From: Paracoccaceae bacterium
Lineage (GTDB): Bacteria; Pseudomonadota; Alphaproteobacteria; Rhodobacterales; Rhodobacteraceae
Direction: 5' to 3'
Length of the DNA: 64,000 bases
Assembly (NCBI GenBank): GCA_030148745.1
Contig: JASBSV010000013.1
Span: 164-64,163 of the forward strand
The notes beneath the pieces were generated by a model. It made no database searches. It saw only the letters and a list, made by a program, of their open reading frames with translations, and had not been told where the DNA came from. Below, piece after piece: positions 38,894-48,025 of this stretch. Both the position numbers and the translations under genes were made by a program. The first letter of the stretch is position 1; each line of letters starts with the position of its first letter.

Positions 38894-39832
38894 ATGGGCC
38901 GTGCATTCGTTTTTCCGGGCCAGGGGGCGCAGACCATAGGGATGGGCCGCGCGCTGGCCGAGGCCTATCCGGCCGCGCAGGCGGTGTTCGATGAGGTTGA
39001 CGAGGCGTTGGGCGAAAAGCTGTCGACGCTGATCTGGGAGGGCGATCAGGACGCTCTGACCCTGACCGAAAACGCCCAGCCGGCACTGATGGCGACCTCG
39101 CTTGCCGCGATGCGCGCTCTTGAGGCCGAGGGCGTCACAATCTCGGCGGCCAGCTATGTGGCGGGTCATTCGCTGGGTGAATATTCGGCCCTTGCGGCGG
39201 CTGGCGCGCTGAGCGTGGCCGATACCGCGCGGCTTTTGCGGATCCGCGGGCGCGCCATGCAGGAGGCTATTCCGGTCGGGCAGGGCGGCATGGCCGCGCT
39301 TCTGGGGCTGGATTTCGAGACCGCGCAGGCGATTGCCGAAGAAGCGGCGCAGGGGCAGGTCTGTCAGGCGGCCAATGACAATGATCCCGGGCAGGTTGTG
39401 GTCTCGGGCCATCGCGAGGCGGTTGAACGCGCGGTCGAGATCGCCAAAGAAAAAGGCGCCAAACGTGCGATCCTTCTGCCGGTTTCGGCGCCGTTCCATT
39501 GCGCGCTGATGGAACCCGCCGCGCGGGTGATGGCGCAGGCGCTGAACGAGGTTGACATGCAGCGCCCCGCCGTGCCGCTGGTGGCCAATGTTCTGGCCCG
39601 CGATGTGGTCGAGACGGCGACGATCCGCAGTCTGCTGGTCGATCAGGTCACCGGATCGGTGCGCTGGCGCGAGACGGTTCTGTTTCTGGCCAGTCAGGGC
39701 GTCGATGAAATCTGGGAGATCGGGGCCGGCAAGGCGCTGTCGGGGATGATCCGGCGGATCGACAAATCGATCGCCACCCGCGCCATCGGCACGCCCGAGG
39801 ATGTCAAGGCGGCGGTTGCCAGTCTGGCCTGA
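38894..39832 (+). CDS. fabD: Malonyl-CoA:ACP transacylase
   Basis: MGRAFVFPGQGAQ..., active-site GHSLGEYSAL, 312 aa. AGGGAGGG RBS present. Confidence 0.95.
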   Translation: MGRAFVFPGQGAQTIGMGRALAEAYPAAQAVFDEVDEALGEKLSTLIWEGDQDALTLTENAQPALMATSLAAMRALEAEGVTISAASYVAGHSLGEYSALAAAGALSVADTARLLRIRGRAMQEAIPVGQGGMAALLGLDFETAQAIAEEAAQGQVCQAANDNDPGQVVVSGHREAVERAVEIAKEKGAKRAILLPVSAPFHCALMEPAARVMAQALNEVDMQRPAVPLVANVLARDVVETATIRSLLVDQVTGSVRWRETVLFLASQGVDEIWEIGAGKALSGMIRRIDKSIATRAIGTPEDVKAAVASLA

Positions 39833-39918
39833 ATATGTGCAAAAGCGCGCGGGCGGCCGGCAAATGCCACCTGGCGGGCGCTTTCGCGGAAGTGGCGGGT
39901 AAATCGAGAGGGGGTCTG

Positions 39919-40656
39919 ATGTTTGACCTGACGGGAAAATCGGCGCTTGTGACGGGCGCCTCGGGGGGAATTGGCGGGCAGATCGCCAAGGTGCTGCATG
40001 CCCAGGGCGCGACCGTGGGCCTGTCCGGCACGCGGGTTGAGCCGCTTGAGGCGCTGGCGGCAGAGCTGGGAAGCCGGGCGCATGTGCTGCCCTGCAACCT
40101 GAGCATCGCCGAAGAGGTCGAGGCCCTGCCAAAGGCGGCGGTGGCGGCGATGGGCGCGGTCGATATTCTGGTCAATAATGCCGGCATCACCCGTGACGGG
40201 TTGTTCATGCGCATGTCCGACGATGATTGGGCCAGCGTGCTTGAGGTGAACCTCACCTCGACCATGCGGCTCTGCCGGGGCGTTCTGCGCGGCATGATGA
40301 AGGCGCGCTGGGGGCGGATCGTGAATATCTCCTCCGTGGTGGGCGCGACCGGCAACCCCGGTCAGGCCAATTACGCCGCCTCCAAGGCGGGGATGGTGGG
40401 CATGTCCAAATCGCTGGCCAGCGAGGTTGCCAGCCGCGGGATTACGGTGAACGCGGTTGCGCCGGGGTTCATCACCACGGCGATGACCGGCAAACTGACC
40501 GATGATCAGAAGGCCAATATCCTGTCGCAGGTGCCTGCCGGCCGGATGGGCGAGGCGGAAGAGATCGCCGCGGCGGTTCTTTATCTTGCCAGCAATGAAG
40601 CGGCCTATGTCACCGGTTCGACCTTGCATGTGAACGGCGGTATGGCGATGATCTGA
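39919..40656 (+). CDS. fabG: 3-oxoacyl-ACP reductase
   Basis: [34 protein letters not shown], 245 aa. Confidence 0.95.
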   Translation: MFDLTGKSALVTGASGGIGGQIAKVLHAQGATVGLSGTRVEPLEALAAELGSRAHVLPCNLSIAEEVEALPKAAVAAMGAVDILVNNAGITRDGLFMRMSDDDWASVLEVNLTSTMRLCRGVLRGMMKARWGRIVNISSVVGATGNPGQANYAASKAGMVGMSKSLASEVASRGITVNAVAPGFITTAMTGKLTDDQKANILSQVPAGRMGEAEEIAAAVLYLASNEAAYVTGSTLHVNGGMAMI

Positions 40657-40838
40657 GCCAGCCGCCGGGCCTATTCGAAAGCGTTTGCCTTCTGAATGGA
40701 CTGTGCTATAGGCGGCGCAGAATTGAGCCGGATGGGACTGACCGCCGTGCTCGTGGGTTGCGATTGTTGCAGCCTGAGCCGGCCGATGGCCAAACTGGGA
40801 ATGGCGGGACCCCTCCCGCGGATTATGAGGAAAAAAGT

Positions 40839-41072
40839 ATGAGCGACATCGCAGACCGCGTAAAAAAGATCGTTGTCGAGCACCTGGGTGTTGAAGAAGA
40901 CAAGGTAACGGAAAACGCATCCTTCATCGATGATCTGGGCGCAGACAGCCTGGACACCGTTGAACTGGTCATGGCGTTCGAAGAAGAGTTCGGGATCGAG
41001 ATTCCCGACGATGCTGCCGAAACGATCCAGACGTTTGGCGATGCGGTGAAATTCATTACCGAAGCCTCCTGA
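40839..41072 (+). CDS. acpP: Acyl carrier protein
   Basis: 77 aa with phosphopantetheine attachment motif [12 protein letters not shown]. Confidence 0.95.
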   Translation: MSDIADRVKKIVVEHLGVEEDKVTENASFIDDLGADSLDTVELVMAFEEEFGIEIPDDAAETIQTFGDAVKFITEAS

Positions 41073-41101
41073 ACGACGCGAATTTCGCACGTATAGATCA
41101 G

Positions 41102-41126
41102 CGGCGTCCCCAGGGGCGCCGTTTTT
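41102..41126 (+). terminator. acpP-fabF intergenic attenuator/terminator hairpin
   Basis: 8-bp stem (one G-U pair) CGGCGTCC-ccag-GGGCGCCG followed by TTTTT. A second GC hairpin (GCGGGCG...CGCCCGC) lies just downstream. Confidence 0.6.
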
Positions 41127-41240
41127 CGTTGCGGCGGGCGCGCTTTCCCGCCCGCAGCCCTAGCCGCCTCTTGCCCCTGCCTTTGAAGGCGGGGTATCAG
41201 GGGCGAACGAAGTCGAGTTCAGGAAGATAGGGGACAGGCA

Positions 41241-42500
41241 ATGCGTCGAGTTGTTGTAACCGGGCTGGGGATGGTCAGCCCTCTTGCATCGGGGGTCGAG
41301 GAAACCTGGTCGCGCCTGTTGGCCGGGCAATCGGCGGCGGCGACGATCAAGAAATTCGATGCCAGCCATCTGGCCACGAATTACGCCTGCGAGATCCCTT
41401 TGGGTGATGGCAGCGACGGGACATTTAATCCTGACGACTGGATGGCGCCGAAAGAACAGCGCAAGGTGGATGACTTTATCCTTTACGGGATGGCGGCGGC
41501 CGAGCAGGCGGTGCGCGATTCCGGCTGGCTTCCGCAGGATGACGAAAGCCGCGAGCGTACCGGCGTGATGATCGGCTCGGGCATTGGTGGTCTGAACTCG
41601 ATCGCCGAAACCGCGATCTTGCTGAAAGAGCGCGGGCCGCGGCGCGTCTCTCCCTTCTTTATCCCCGGGGCGCTGATCAATCTGGTGTCCGGTCAGGTGT
41701 CGATCCGCTTTGGCTTTAAGGGGCCCAATCATGCGGTGGTGACGGCCTGTTCGACGGGCGCCCATGCCATCGGCGATGCGGCGCGTCTGATCGCGCTGGA
41801 GGATGCCGATGTGATGGTCGCCGGGGGTACCGAAAGTTCGATCAGCGAAATCGGCATCGCCGGTTTTAACGCCTGCAAGGCGCTGTCGACCAAACGCGCC
41901 GATGATCCCAGCAAGGCCAGCCGCCCCTATGACGCCGACCGCGACGGGTTTGTAATGGGGGAAGGTGCCGGTGTGGTCGTTCTGGAGGAATATGAACACG
42001 CCAAGGCGCGCGGCGCCAAGATCTATGCCGAAATTCTGGGATACGGGCTGTCTGGCGATGCCTATCATATCACCGCGCCTTCCGAGGATGGCGAAGGCGG
42101 TGAGCGGTCGATGCGCGCGGCGCTGAAACGCGCGGGGCTTGAGCCTTCGGCGGTGGATTACATCAATGCCCATGGTACGTCGACCATGGCCGACACGATC
42201 GAGCTGGGCGCGGTGGAGCGTGTGCTGGGCGATGCGGCGGGCAAGGCGACCATGTCCTCGACCAAATCCTCGATCGGGCATCTTCTGGGCGCTGCCGGCG
42301 CGGTCGAGGCGATCTTTTCGATCCTTGCGATCCGCGATCAGGTCGCGCCGCCCACCATCAATCTGGACAATCCGGCGGTCGAGACGCCGATTGATCTGGC
42401 CCCCAACCAGAAGCGGGAGCGCAAGATCGATGTGGCGCTTTCCAATTCGTTCGGCTTTGGGGGCACCAATGCCTCTTTGGTCATTGGAAAGGTTAACTGA
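41241..42500 (+). CDS. fabF: Beta-ketoacyl-ACP synthase II
   Basis: MRRVVVTGLGMVSPL, active-site region VVTACSTGAHAIG, HGTSTMADT, GHLLGAAG, 419 aa. Confidence 0.95.
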   Translation: MRRVVVTGLGMVSPLASGVEETWSRLLAGQSAAATIKKFDASHLATNYACEIPLGDGSDGTFNPDDWMAPKEQRKVDDFILYGMAAAEQAVRDSGWLPQDDESRERTGVMIGSGIGGLNSIAETAILLKERGPRRVSPFFIPGALINLVSGQVSIRFGFKGPNHAVVTACSTGAHAIGDAARLIALEDADVMVAGGTESSISEIGIAGFNACKALSTKRADDPSKASRPYDADRDGFVMGEGAGVVVLEEYEHAKARGAKIYAEILGYGLSGDAYHITAPSEDGEGGERSMRAALKRAGLEPSAVDYINAHGTSTMADTIELGAVERVLGDAAGKATMSSTKSSIGHLLGAAGAVEAIFSILAIRDQVAPPTINLDNPAVETPIDLAPNQKRERKIDVALSNSFGFGGTNASLVIGKVN

Positions 42501-42503
42501 TCA

Positions 42504-43658
42504 ATGTGGCGCAGCGTTGCTTCTAACGGGCTGACGATTCTGATTGTTCTGATTCTGGTTCTGGGCGCCATTGTCAGCTGGGGGCAGCGGCAATATCGCG
42601 GCCCCGGCCCCCTGGCCCAGGCGATTTGCTTCAAGGTCGACCGGGGCGCGACGATGCGCAGCGTTTCGGCCGATCTGAAGGGGCAGGGCGCGATCAGCAG
42701 TGAAAGCATCTTTCGCACCGGGGCCGATTACTCGGGCAAGTCCGGCGCGCTGAAGGCCGGTAGCTTTCTGGTGCCCGAGCGCGCCTCGATGGAGATGATC
42801 GTCGAGATCATCACCCGCGGCGGCCAGTCGACCTGTGGCATCGAGGTGAACTATCGGATCGGCGTTGCCAGTTCGGCCCTTGAGGTGCGTGAGCTGGACC
42901 CGGCCACCAACCGTTTTGTCGAAGTGGCGGCCTTTGCGCCGGGCACCGACATGGCGATCCCCGAGGCATACAAGCGCGCCCGGGCGCAGGCCGACGCCCG
43001 CTATCGCGTCATTCTGGCCGAGGGCGTGACCAGCTGGCAGGTGGTGCAGGAGCTGAACGCCGTCGATTTCATGGACGGCAAGGTGACAAAGATCCCCGAT
43101 GAGGGAACGCTTGCCCCCGACAGTTACGAGGTGCGCGCGGGCGACAGCCGGGCCGATCTTCTGGCGCGGATGGAACAGGCGCAGGCCAAGATTCTGGCCG
43201 ATGCATGGGCGAAACGAAACCCTGCCGTGCCGCTGAAGACGCCTGAGGAGGCGCTGATCATGGCCTCGATCATCGAAAAGGAGACCGGCATTCCTCAGGA
43301 ACGCAAGATCGTCGCCTCGGTCTTCGAGAACCGGTTGAACAAAGGTATGAAGCTTCAGACCGACCCGACGGTGATTTACGGGGTGACCGGCGGCAAGGGG
43401 GTTTTGGGGCGCGGGCTGCGCCAGAGCGAGCTGCGCCGCGAGACGCCTTGGAACACCTATGTGATCACCGGCCTGCCGAAGACACCGATCGCCAACCCCG
43501 GCCGCGCCTCGATCGAGGCGGCGCTGAACCCGGCCGATACCAACTATCTGTTCTTTGTGGCCGATGGCTCGGGCGGTCATGCCTTTGCCGCGACGCTGGC
43601 CGAGCATAACGCCAATGTCGCCAAATGGCGCAAGCTGGGCGCCGATCAGAAGCCTTAG
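42504..43658 (+). CDS. mltG: Endolytic murein transglycosylase (YceG-like)
   Basis: N-terminal TM anchor and YceG domain (ALIMASIIEKETG..., LQTDPTVIYG, WNTY...GLP..PIANPG). Sits in the conserved position after fabF. Confidence 0.9.
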   Translation: MWRSVASNGLTILIVLILVLGAIVSWGQRQYRGPGPLAQAICFKVDRGATMRSVSADLKGQGAISSESIFRTGADYSGKSGALKAGSFLVPERASMEMIVEIITRGGQSTCGIEVNYRIGVASSALEVRELDPATNRFVEVAAFAPGTDMAIPEAYKRARAQADARYRVILAEGVTSWQVVQELNAVDFMDGKVTKIPDEGTLAPDSYEVRAGDSRADLLARMEQAQAKILADAWAKRNPAVPLKTPEEALIMASIIEKETGIPQERKIVASVFENRLNKGMKLQTDPTVIYGVTGGKGVLGRGLRQSELRRETPWNTYVITGLPKTPIANPGRASIEAALNPADTNYLFFVADGSGGHAFAATLAEHNANVAKWRKLGADQKP

Positions 43659-43665
43659 GTCAAGA

Positions 43666-44751
43666 TCAGAGCGTTTTCTGCAACGCGGATTTTGCCGTGC
43701 ATATCACGCCGTCCAAAGCGGTGTCGCTGGTATAGACATGGGGCGACAGGCGTATGATCGCAGGCGGCGCGGCGGTGCCAAAAAGCGGCTCAAACCGCGC
43801 AATATCAGGTGATTTTACCTGATAGCCCGCAGATTGCAGGTCGGACATGACCGAAGGCAGGGCGGCGCGGGGAAGCTCAATTGAAACAGTTGCCGAATGT
43901 GCCGGATCTCCGCCGAAAATCGAGAACCCCGCCTGAGTGGCCAGATGCCTGAGCCGGTCAGATTTTTGCGTCAACGCGGTCTGGATCACCTCAGGACCCT
44001 GATCAAGCCAGTTTGCAACGCTGACGCCCAGCCCCAAAAGCAATGCCGGTTCCTGATCGGCCGGCTGGAGCGCCGAGGCGTCGCCCGCCTGTCCGCCTGT
44101 CCGCCAGTTTTCACCGATCCAGAAAAGCGCCGTCTGGCGTGGCCCGCGCAGCCATTTGCGGCAGGTCGAGATCAGGCCGTCACAGTTAATCTGCCCCACA
44201 TCAACGCCGATCTGGCCCAGAGCCTGTGCCGCGTCGACGATAAACATGGTGCTGTCGGGACGTGGCAGCGCACCTATGGCTTCGACCGGGTATCGAAGAC
44301 CCGCCGCACAGGTCTGCATCGGCACGAAAATCGCCGCGACGCTTTCGTCGATCAAATCGGCCCATTGCGACAGATCGGGCGCGCCGAGGTCAAGCGGCGG
44401 CAGGGTCTGAACCGTTACGTCCGACCTTGCCGACAGAAATCTGTAATAGTCGCCCCAGTCATGTTCGGTCACCAAAACGCGTTTGCCCGCCAGATCAAGG
44501 CGCGAGGTCAGTGCATGAAAGGCGGCTGTTGTGGTCGAGGTAAACCCAATCCTGTCTGGGGTGGTTGCCAGAAGTCTGGCGCAATTGTCGCGCAGCAATG
44601 ACAATTCGCGCACGACCTGTGCGTTGGCGGCCTGAGCGCCAATCCGGGCCTGATCGGACATGTGGCGTGCAATACGATGATAGACCCCGGGTGGGGGCAA
44701 GCCGTGGCTGGCGGAATTGAAATATGTGTCGGCGCCGGGTGTTTGGGACAT
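43666..44751 (-). CDS. Class V aminotransferase-fold PLP-dependent enzyme (cysteine desulfurase / isopenicillin-N epimerase-like)
   Basis: About 361 aa from MSQTPGADTYFNSASHGLPPPGV. The fold call rests on overall similarity and the specific function is unknown. Confidence 0.65.
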   Translation of the reverse strand: MSQTPGADTYFNSASHGLPPPGVYHRIARHMSDQARIGAQAANAQVVRELSLLRDNCARLLATTPDRIGFTSTTTAAFHALTSRLDLAGKRVLVTEHDWGDYYRFLSARSDVTVQTLPPLDLGAPDLSQWADLIDESVAAIFVPMQTCAAGLRYPVEAIGALPRPDSTMFIVDAAQALGQIGVDVGQINCDGLISTCRKWLRGPRQTALFWIGENWRTGGQAGDASALQPADQEPALLLGLGVSVANWLDQGPEVIQTALTQKSDRLRHLATQAGFSIFGGDPAHSATVSIELPRAALPSVMSDLQSAGYQVKSPDIARFEPLFGTAAPPAIIRLSPHVYTSDTALDGVICTAKSALQKTL

Positions 44752-44868
44752 GTGCAGATCTAAGGTCAGGGGTGCGCCAGGTTCAAGCATATAAGGCCGC
44801 GGCCCCGGAAGTATAAGAAAGTAAACAATTTCTTGCGCTGGCGTTCGATGCGGGGGCGGCCGAAACGC

Positions 44869-44897
44869 TTGACTTTGCGAACGCTCGCGGATATACC
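44869..44897 (+). promoter_or_regulatory. Candidate sigma70-type promoter of the GTA cluster
   Basis: TTGACT (44869-44874), a 17-nt spacer, TATACC (44892-44897), about 80 nt upstream of the first plausible g1 start. This is a prediction only. Confidence 0.35.
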
Positions 44898-44922
44898 TCT
44901 GGGCAAGCTAGAAGAAGTGGGC

Positions 44923-44960
44923 AAGCGGCCTGGGAGTGATCCCCGGCCGCTTTTCCGTTT
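44923..44960 (+). terminator. Terminator-like hairpin in the GTA g1 leader (possible attenuator)
   Basis: AAGCGGCC (44923-44930) pairs with GGCCGCTT (44945-44952), plus an inner GGG/CCC helix, followed by TTCCGTTT. It lies between divergent genes, so it cannot terminate an upstream plus-strand gene. Confidence 0.45.
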
Positions 44961-44976
44961 CGCTCGTGCGGACAGC

Positions 44977-45348
44977 ATGAGAGGCAGATTATACCGAATG
45001 ACTTTGATCAAGCCCTTTGAGGATGTGGGACAGGCAGAGGCGATGCTCTGCCGTATTCATCAAGTTTATGCAGAGCTTTTCGAGGCGTTGAAAAGCCTCA
45101 AGACACGCGCCCTTGAGGGCGATGCCGAGGTCACCAAGGAGGTGGCGGTTTTAAGCCGTGAAGTGACCAAGGCGATGAACAACTTAAATGATGCCGAGGC
45201 CAGACTGAATGCAATTCGCCGAAAAGAAACCGGAGTCGTCCATGACTTTGCCATCGATTTCGACAAGGCCAGATCTGAGATCAGGGGCCGCCTTGATCGC
45301 ATCATTGACGCCCAAGGAGCAGGAGGCGTTTCTGGATCAGCTGAGTGA
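44977..45348 (+). CDS. g1: GTA g1-like small protein (candidate small terminase)
   Basis: Helical 116-123 aa ORF immediately upstream of and overlapping TerL. The call is by position. The start is ambiguous (ATG at 44977 or 44998; the ORF is open from 44833). Confidence 0.55.
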   Translation: MRGRLYRMTLIKPFEDVGQAEAMLCRIHQVYAELFEALKSLKTRALEGDAEVTKEVAVLSREVTKAMNNLNDAEARLNAIRRKETGVVHDFAIDFDKARSEIRGRLDRIIDAQGAGGVSGSAE

Positions 45349-46618
45349 GGGGGCGCTTTTGGCGCTGCCATGGCTGTTCGATTTCTGGGCGCTGCCGCAT
45401 CAGGTGGCGCCCGGGGGCGACTGGCGCAGCTGGGTCATTCTGGGCGGGCGCGGTGCGGGCAAGACCCGCGCCGGGGCCGAATGGGTGCGCGCGCAGGTCG
45501 AGGGGCCGATGCCCAAGGACGAGGGGCGCGCGCGCCGTGTCGCGCTGGTGGGCGAGACGATCGAACAGGCGCGCGAGGTCATGGTGTTTGGCGACAGCGG
45601 CATTCTGGCCTGCTCGCCCCCTGACCGCCGCCCGGACTGGGAGGCGACGCGCAAGCGGCTGGTGTGGCCAAATGGCGCCACAGCGCAGCTGTTTTCGGCC
45701 CACGACCCCGACAGTTTGCGGGGCCCGCAGTTTGACGCGGCATGGGTGGACGAGCTGGCCAAATGGAAAAAGGGCGAAGCGGCATGGGATATGTTGCAGT
45801 TCGCTTTGCGGCTGGGCGATGACCCGCGCCAATGCGTGACGACGACACCAAAGAACGTCGGGGTTCTGAAATCGCTGATGGAGGCGCCTTCGACGGTCAT
45901 CACCTCGGCCCCGACCGAGGCGAACCGCGCCAATCTGGCGAGTTCCTTTCTTGAGGAGGTGCGGGCGCGTTATGCCGGCACGCGCCTTGGCCGTCAGGAG
46001 CTGGACGGGGTTCTGCTGGAAGATGCCGAGGGCGCGCTTTGGACATCGGCCGGGCTTGAGGCGGCGCGGCGCGACGAGGCCGGGGCGCTTTCGCGCGTTG
46101 TAGTGGCGATCGACCCGCCGGTGACGGGACATGCAGGATCGGACGAATGCGGAATTGTGGTTGTGGGGGCGGTTACTGACGGGCCGCCGCAGGAATGGCG
46201 GGCGGTGGTTCTGGAGGATGCCAGTGTCGCGGCCTCGTCACCGCTGAAATGGGCGCAGGCGGCGATTGCCGCGATGGAGCGTCATGGCGCCGACCGTCTG
46301 GTGGCCGAGGTCAATCAGGGCGGTGATCTGGTCGAGGCGGTTTTGCGTCAGATCGACCCGCTGATCCCGTTTCGGGCGGTACATGCATCGCGCGGCAAAG
46401 TGGCCCGGGCCGAGCCTGCGGCGGCGCTTTATGAACAGGGCCGCGTGACGCATCTGCGCGGTTTGGGGGAACTGGAGGATCAGATGTGCCGCATGACCGC
46501 GCGCGGGTTTGAGGGCAAGGGCAGCCCTGACCGTGTTGACGCGCTGGTCTGGGCGCTGAGCGATCTGTTGATCGAGCCCGCCGCGCATTGGCGGCGCCCG
46601 CAGATGCGGGCGCTGTGA
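45242..46618 (+). CDS. g2: GTA large terminase (TerL)
   Basis: Walker A-like GGRGAGKTRAGAEWV and a C-terminal RNaseH-like nuclease region. GGAG RBS lies 6 nt before ATG 45242. Confidence 0.9.
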   Translation: MTLPSISTRPDLRSGAALIASLTPKEQEAFLDQLSEGALLALPWLFDFWALPHQVAPGGDWRSWVILGGRGAGKTRAGAEWVRAQVEGPMPKDEGRARRVALVGETIEQAREVMVFGDSGILACSPPDRRPDWEATRKRLVWPNGATAQLFSAHDPDSLRGPQFDAAWVDELAKWKKGEAAWDMLQFALRLGDDPRQCVTTTPKNVGVLKSLMEAPSTVITSAPTEANRANLASSFLEEVRARYAGTRLGRQELDGVLLEDAEGALWTSAGLEAARRDEAGALSRVVVAIDPPVTGHAGSDECGIVVVGAVTDGPPQEWRAVVLEDASVAASSPLKWAQAAIAAMERHGADRLVAEVNQGGDLVEAVLRQIDPLIPFRAVHASRGKVARAEPAAALYEQGRVTHLRGLGELEDQMCRMTARGFEGKGSPDRVDALVWALSDLLIEPAAHWRRPQMRAL

Positions 46619-46741
46619 GCCGGCTGCGTCTGTAGGAGACAAGACCAGAGATTGAGCGGCCGGGCCAATGGGCCCTTTGGCCTGCAGACAAGGGAAGGTG
46701 AACGCGCCGGGGCCGCAAGGCCGGTGCAGGTTCCCTTTTCG

Positions 46742-46775
46742 ACCCCGGTCACCGAGGTGGCCGGGGTTTATTTTT
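46742..46775 (+). terminator. Intrinsic-terminator-like hairpin between terminase and portal genes
   Basis: 11-bp stem ACCCCGGTCAC / GTGGCCGGGGT (one G-U pair), tetraloop CGAG, then TTATTTTT. Confidence 0.65.
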
Positions 46776-46835
46776 GCCCGGCCCTTTGTGGCGCGGGCCC
46801 TGAGCGACAGGGTTGAACAAGGAGCGATACCTAAA

Positions 46836-48005
46836 ATGGCATTCAATTTCTTTGGGGCCCGCAAGCAAGCGGCGCCGGAGCTTAAGGCATCGGCCGCAGC
46901 GCCGGTGATTGCCTATCAGAGCGGCGGCAGGGTGGCCTGGACGCCGCGCGACACGGGCTCTTTGACGCGGGCGGGGTTTCAGGGGAACCCGGTGGGATTT
47001 CGGGCGGTCAAGATGATCGCCGAGGCAGCCTCGGCCATGCCGATGGTCCTGCAGGACGCCGAGCGCCGCTATGAGGTGCATCCGGTTCTGGCCCTGCTTC
47101 GACGGCCCAACCCCACGCAGGGGCGGGCGGGATTGCTGGAGGCGCTTTTCGGGCAGCTTTTGCTGTCGGGGGATGGGTATCTTGAGGCGGTCGGCGGCGA
47201 GGCGGGATTGCCGGCTGAGCTGCATGTTCTGCGCTCGGACCGGATGGCTTTGATCCCCGGGCCGGATGGCTGGCCGGTGGCCTATGATTATACCGTCGGC
47301 GGGCGCAAGCACCGGTTTCATCTGGGCGAGGGTATTTCGCCCATCTGCCATATCAAGAGCTTTCATCCGCAGGATGACCATTATGGGTTTTCGCCGATGC
47401 AGGCGGCGGCCTCGGCCGTGGATGTGCACAACAGTGCCTCGCGCTGGTCCAAGGCGCTTTTGGACAATGCCGCGCGGCCTTCGGGGGCGATCGTCTATCG
47501 CGGCGGTGACGGGCAGGCGGCGCTGAGCCCTGATCAGTATGACCGTTTGGTCAATGAGATGGAGAGCCATCATCAGGGCGCGCGCAATGCCGGGCGGCCG
47601 ATGCTGCTGGAAGGCGGGCTGGACTGGAAACCGATGGGATTTTCGCCCTCGGACATGGAGTTTCAGAAAACCAAGGAGACCGCCGCGCGCGAGATCGCGC
47701 TGGCCTTTGGGGTGCCGCCGATGTTGCTGGGCATACCCGGTGACGCGACTTACGCGAACTATCAGGAGGCGCACCGGGCGTTCTATCGCCTGACGGTTCT
47801 GCCACTGGCCACGCGGGTGGCGGCACAGATCAGCGAGTGGCTGATGCAGTTCAGCGGTGAGGATATCGTGCTGAAGCCGGATCTGGATCAGGTGCCGGCC
47901 CTGTCGGGTGAGCGTGACCAGCAGTGGCAGCGCGTCAGCGGCGCCGATTTCCTGAGCGAGGCGGAAAAGCGGGCCCTTCTGGGACTGCCGCCGCTGGCAG
48001 AATGA
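46836..48005 (+). CDS. g3: GTA portal protein (HK97-family portal)
   Basis: 389 aa from MAFNFFGARKQ with an AAGGAG RBS. Portal family region present (FSPMQAAASAVDVHN..., MEFQKTKETAAREIALAFGVPPMLLG). Confidence 0.9.
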   Translation: MAFNFFGARKQAAPELKASAAAPVIAYQSGGRVAWTPRDTGSLTRAGFQGNPVGFRAVKMIAEAASAMPMVLQDAERRYEVHPVLALLRRPNPTQGRAGLLEALFGQLLLSGDGYLEAVGGEAGLPAELHVLRSDRMALIPGPDGWPVAYDYTVGGRKHRFHLGEGISPICHIKSFHPQDDHYGFSPMQAAASAVDVHNSASRWSKALLDNAARPSGAIVYRGGDGQAALSPDQYDRLVNEMESHHQGARNAGRPMLLEGGLDWKPMGFSPSDMEFQKTKETAAREIALAFGVPPMLLGIPGDATYANYQEAHRAFYRLTVLPLATRVAAQISEWLMQFSGEDIVLKPDLDQVPALSGERDQQWQRVSGADFLSEAEKRALLGLPPLAE

Positions 48006-48025
48006 ACTTTCGAAAGGACGCAGGA

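Noticed and set aside
44833-44976. Longer g1 starting at TTG 44833.
   Set aside because: It would read through the predicted promoter and the leader hairpin/U-tract. The extension (MRWRSMRGRPKRLTLRTLADIPLG...) is basic, low-complexity and lacks an RBS.
46668-46835. 56-codon N-terminal extension of the portal ORF (MGPLACRQGKVNAPGPQGRC...).
   Set aside because: The extension is R/P-rich and non-protein-like. It contains the terminator hairpin and U-tract. The conserved portal N-terminus starts at ATG 46836, directly after an AAGGAG RBS.
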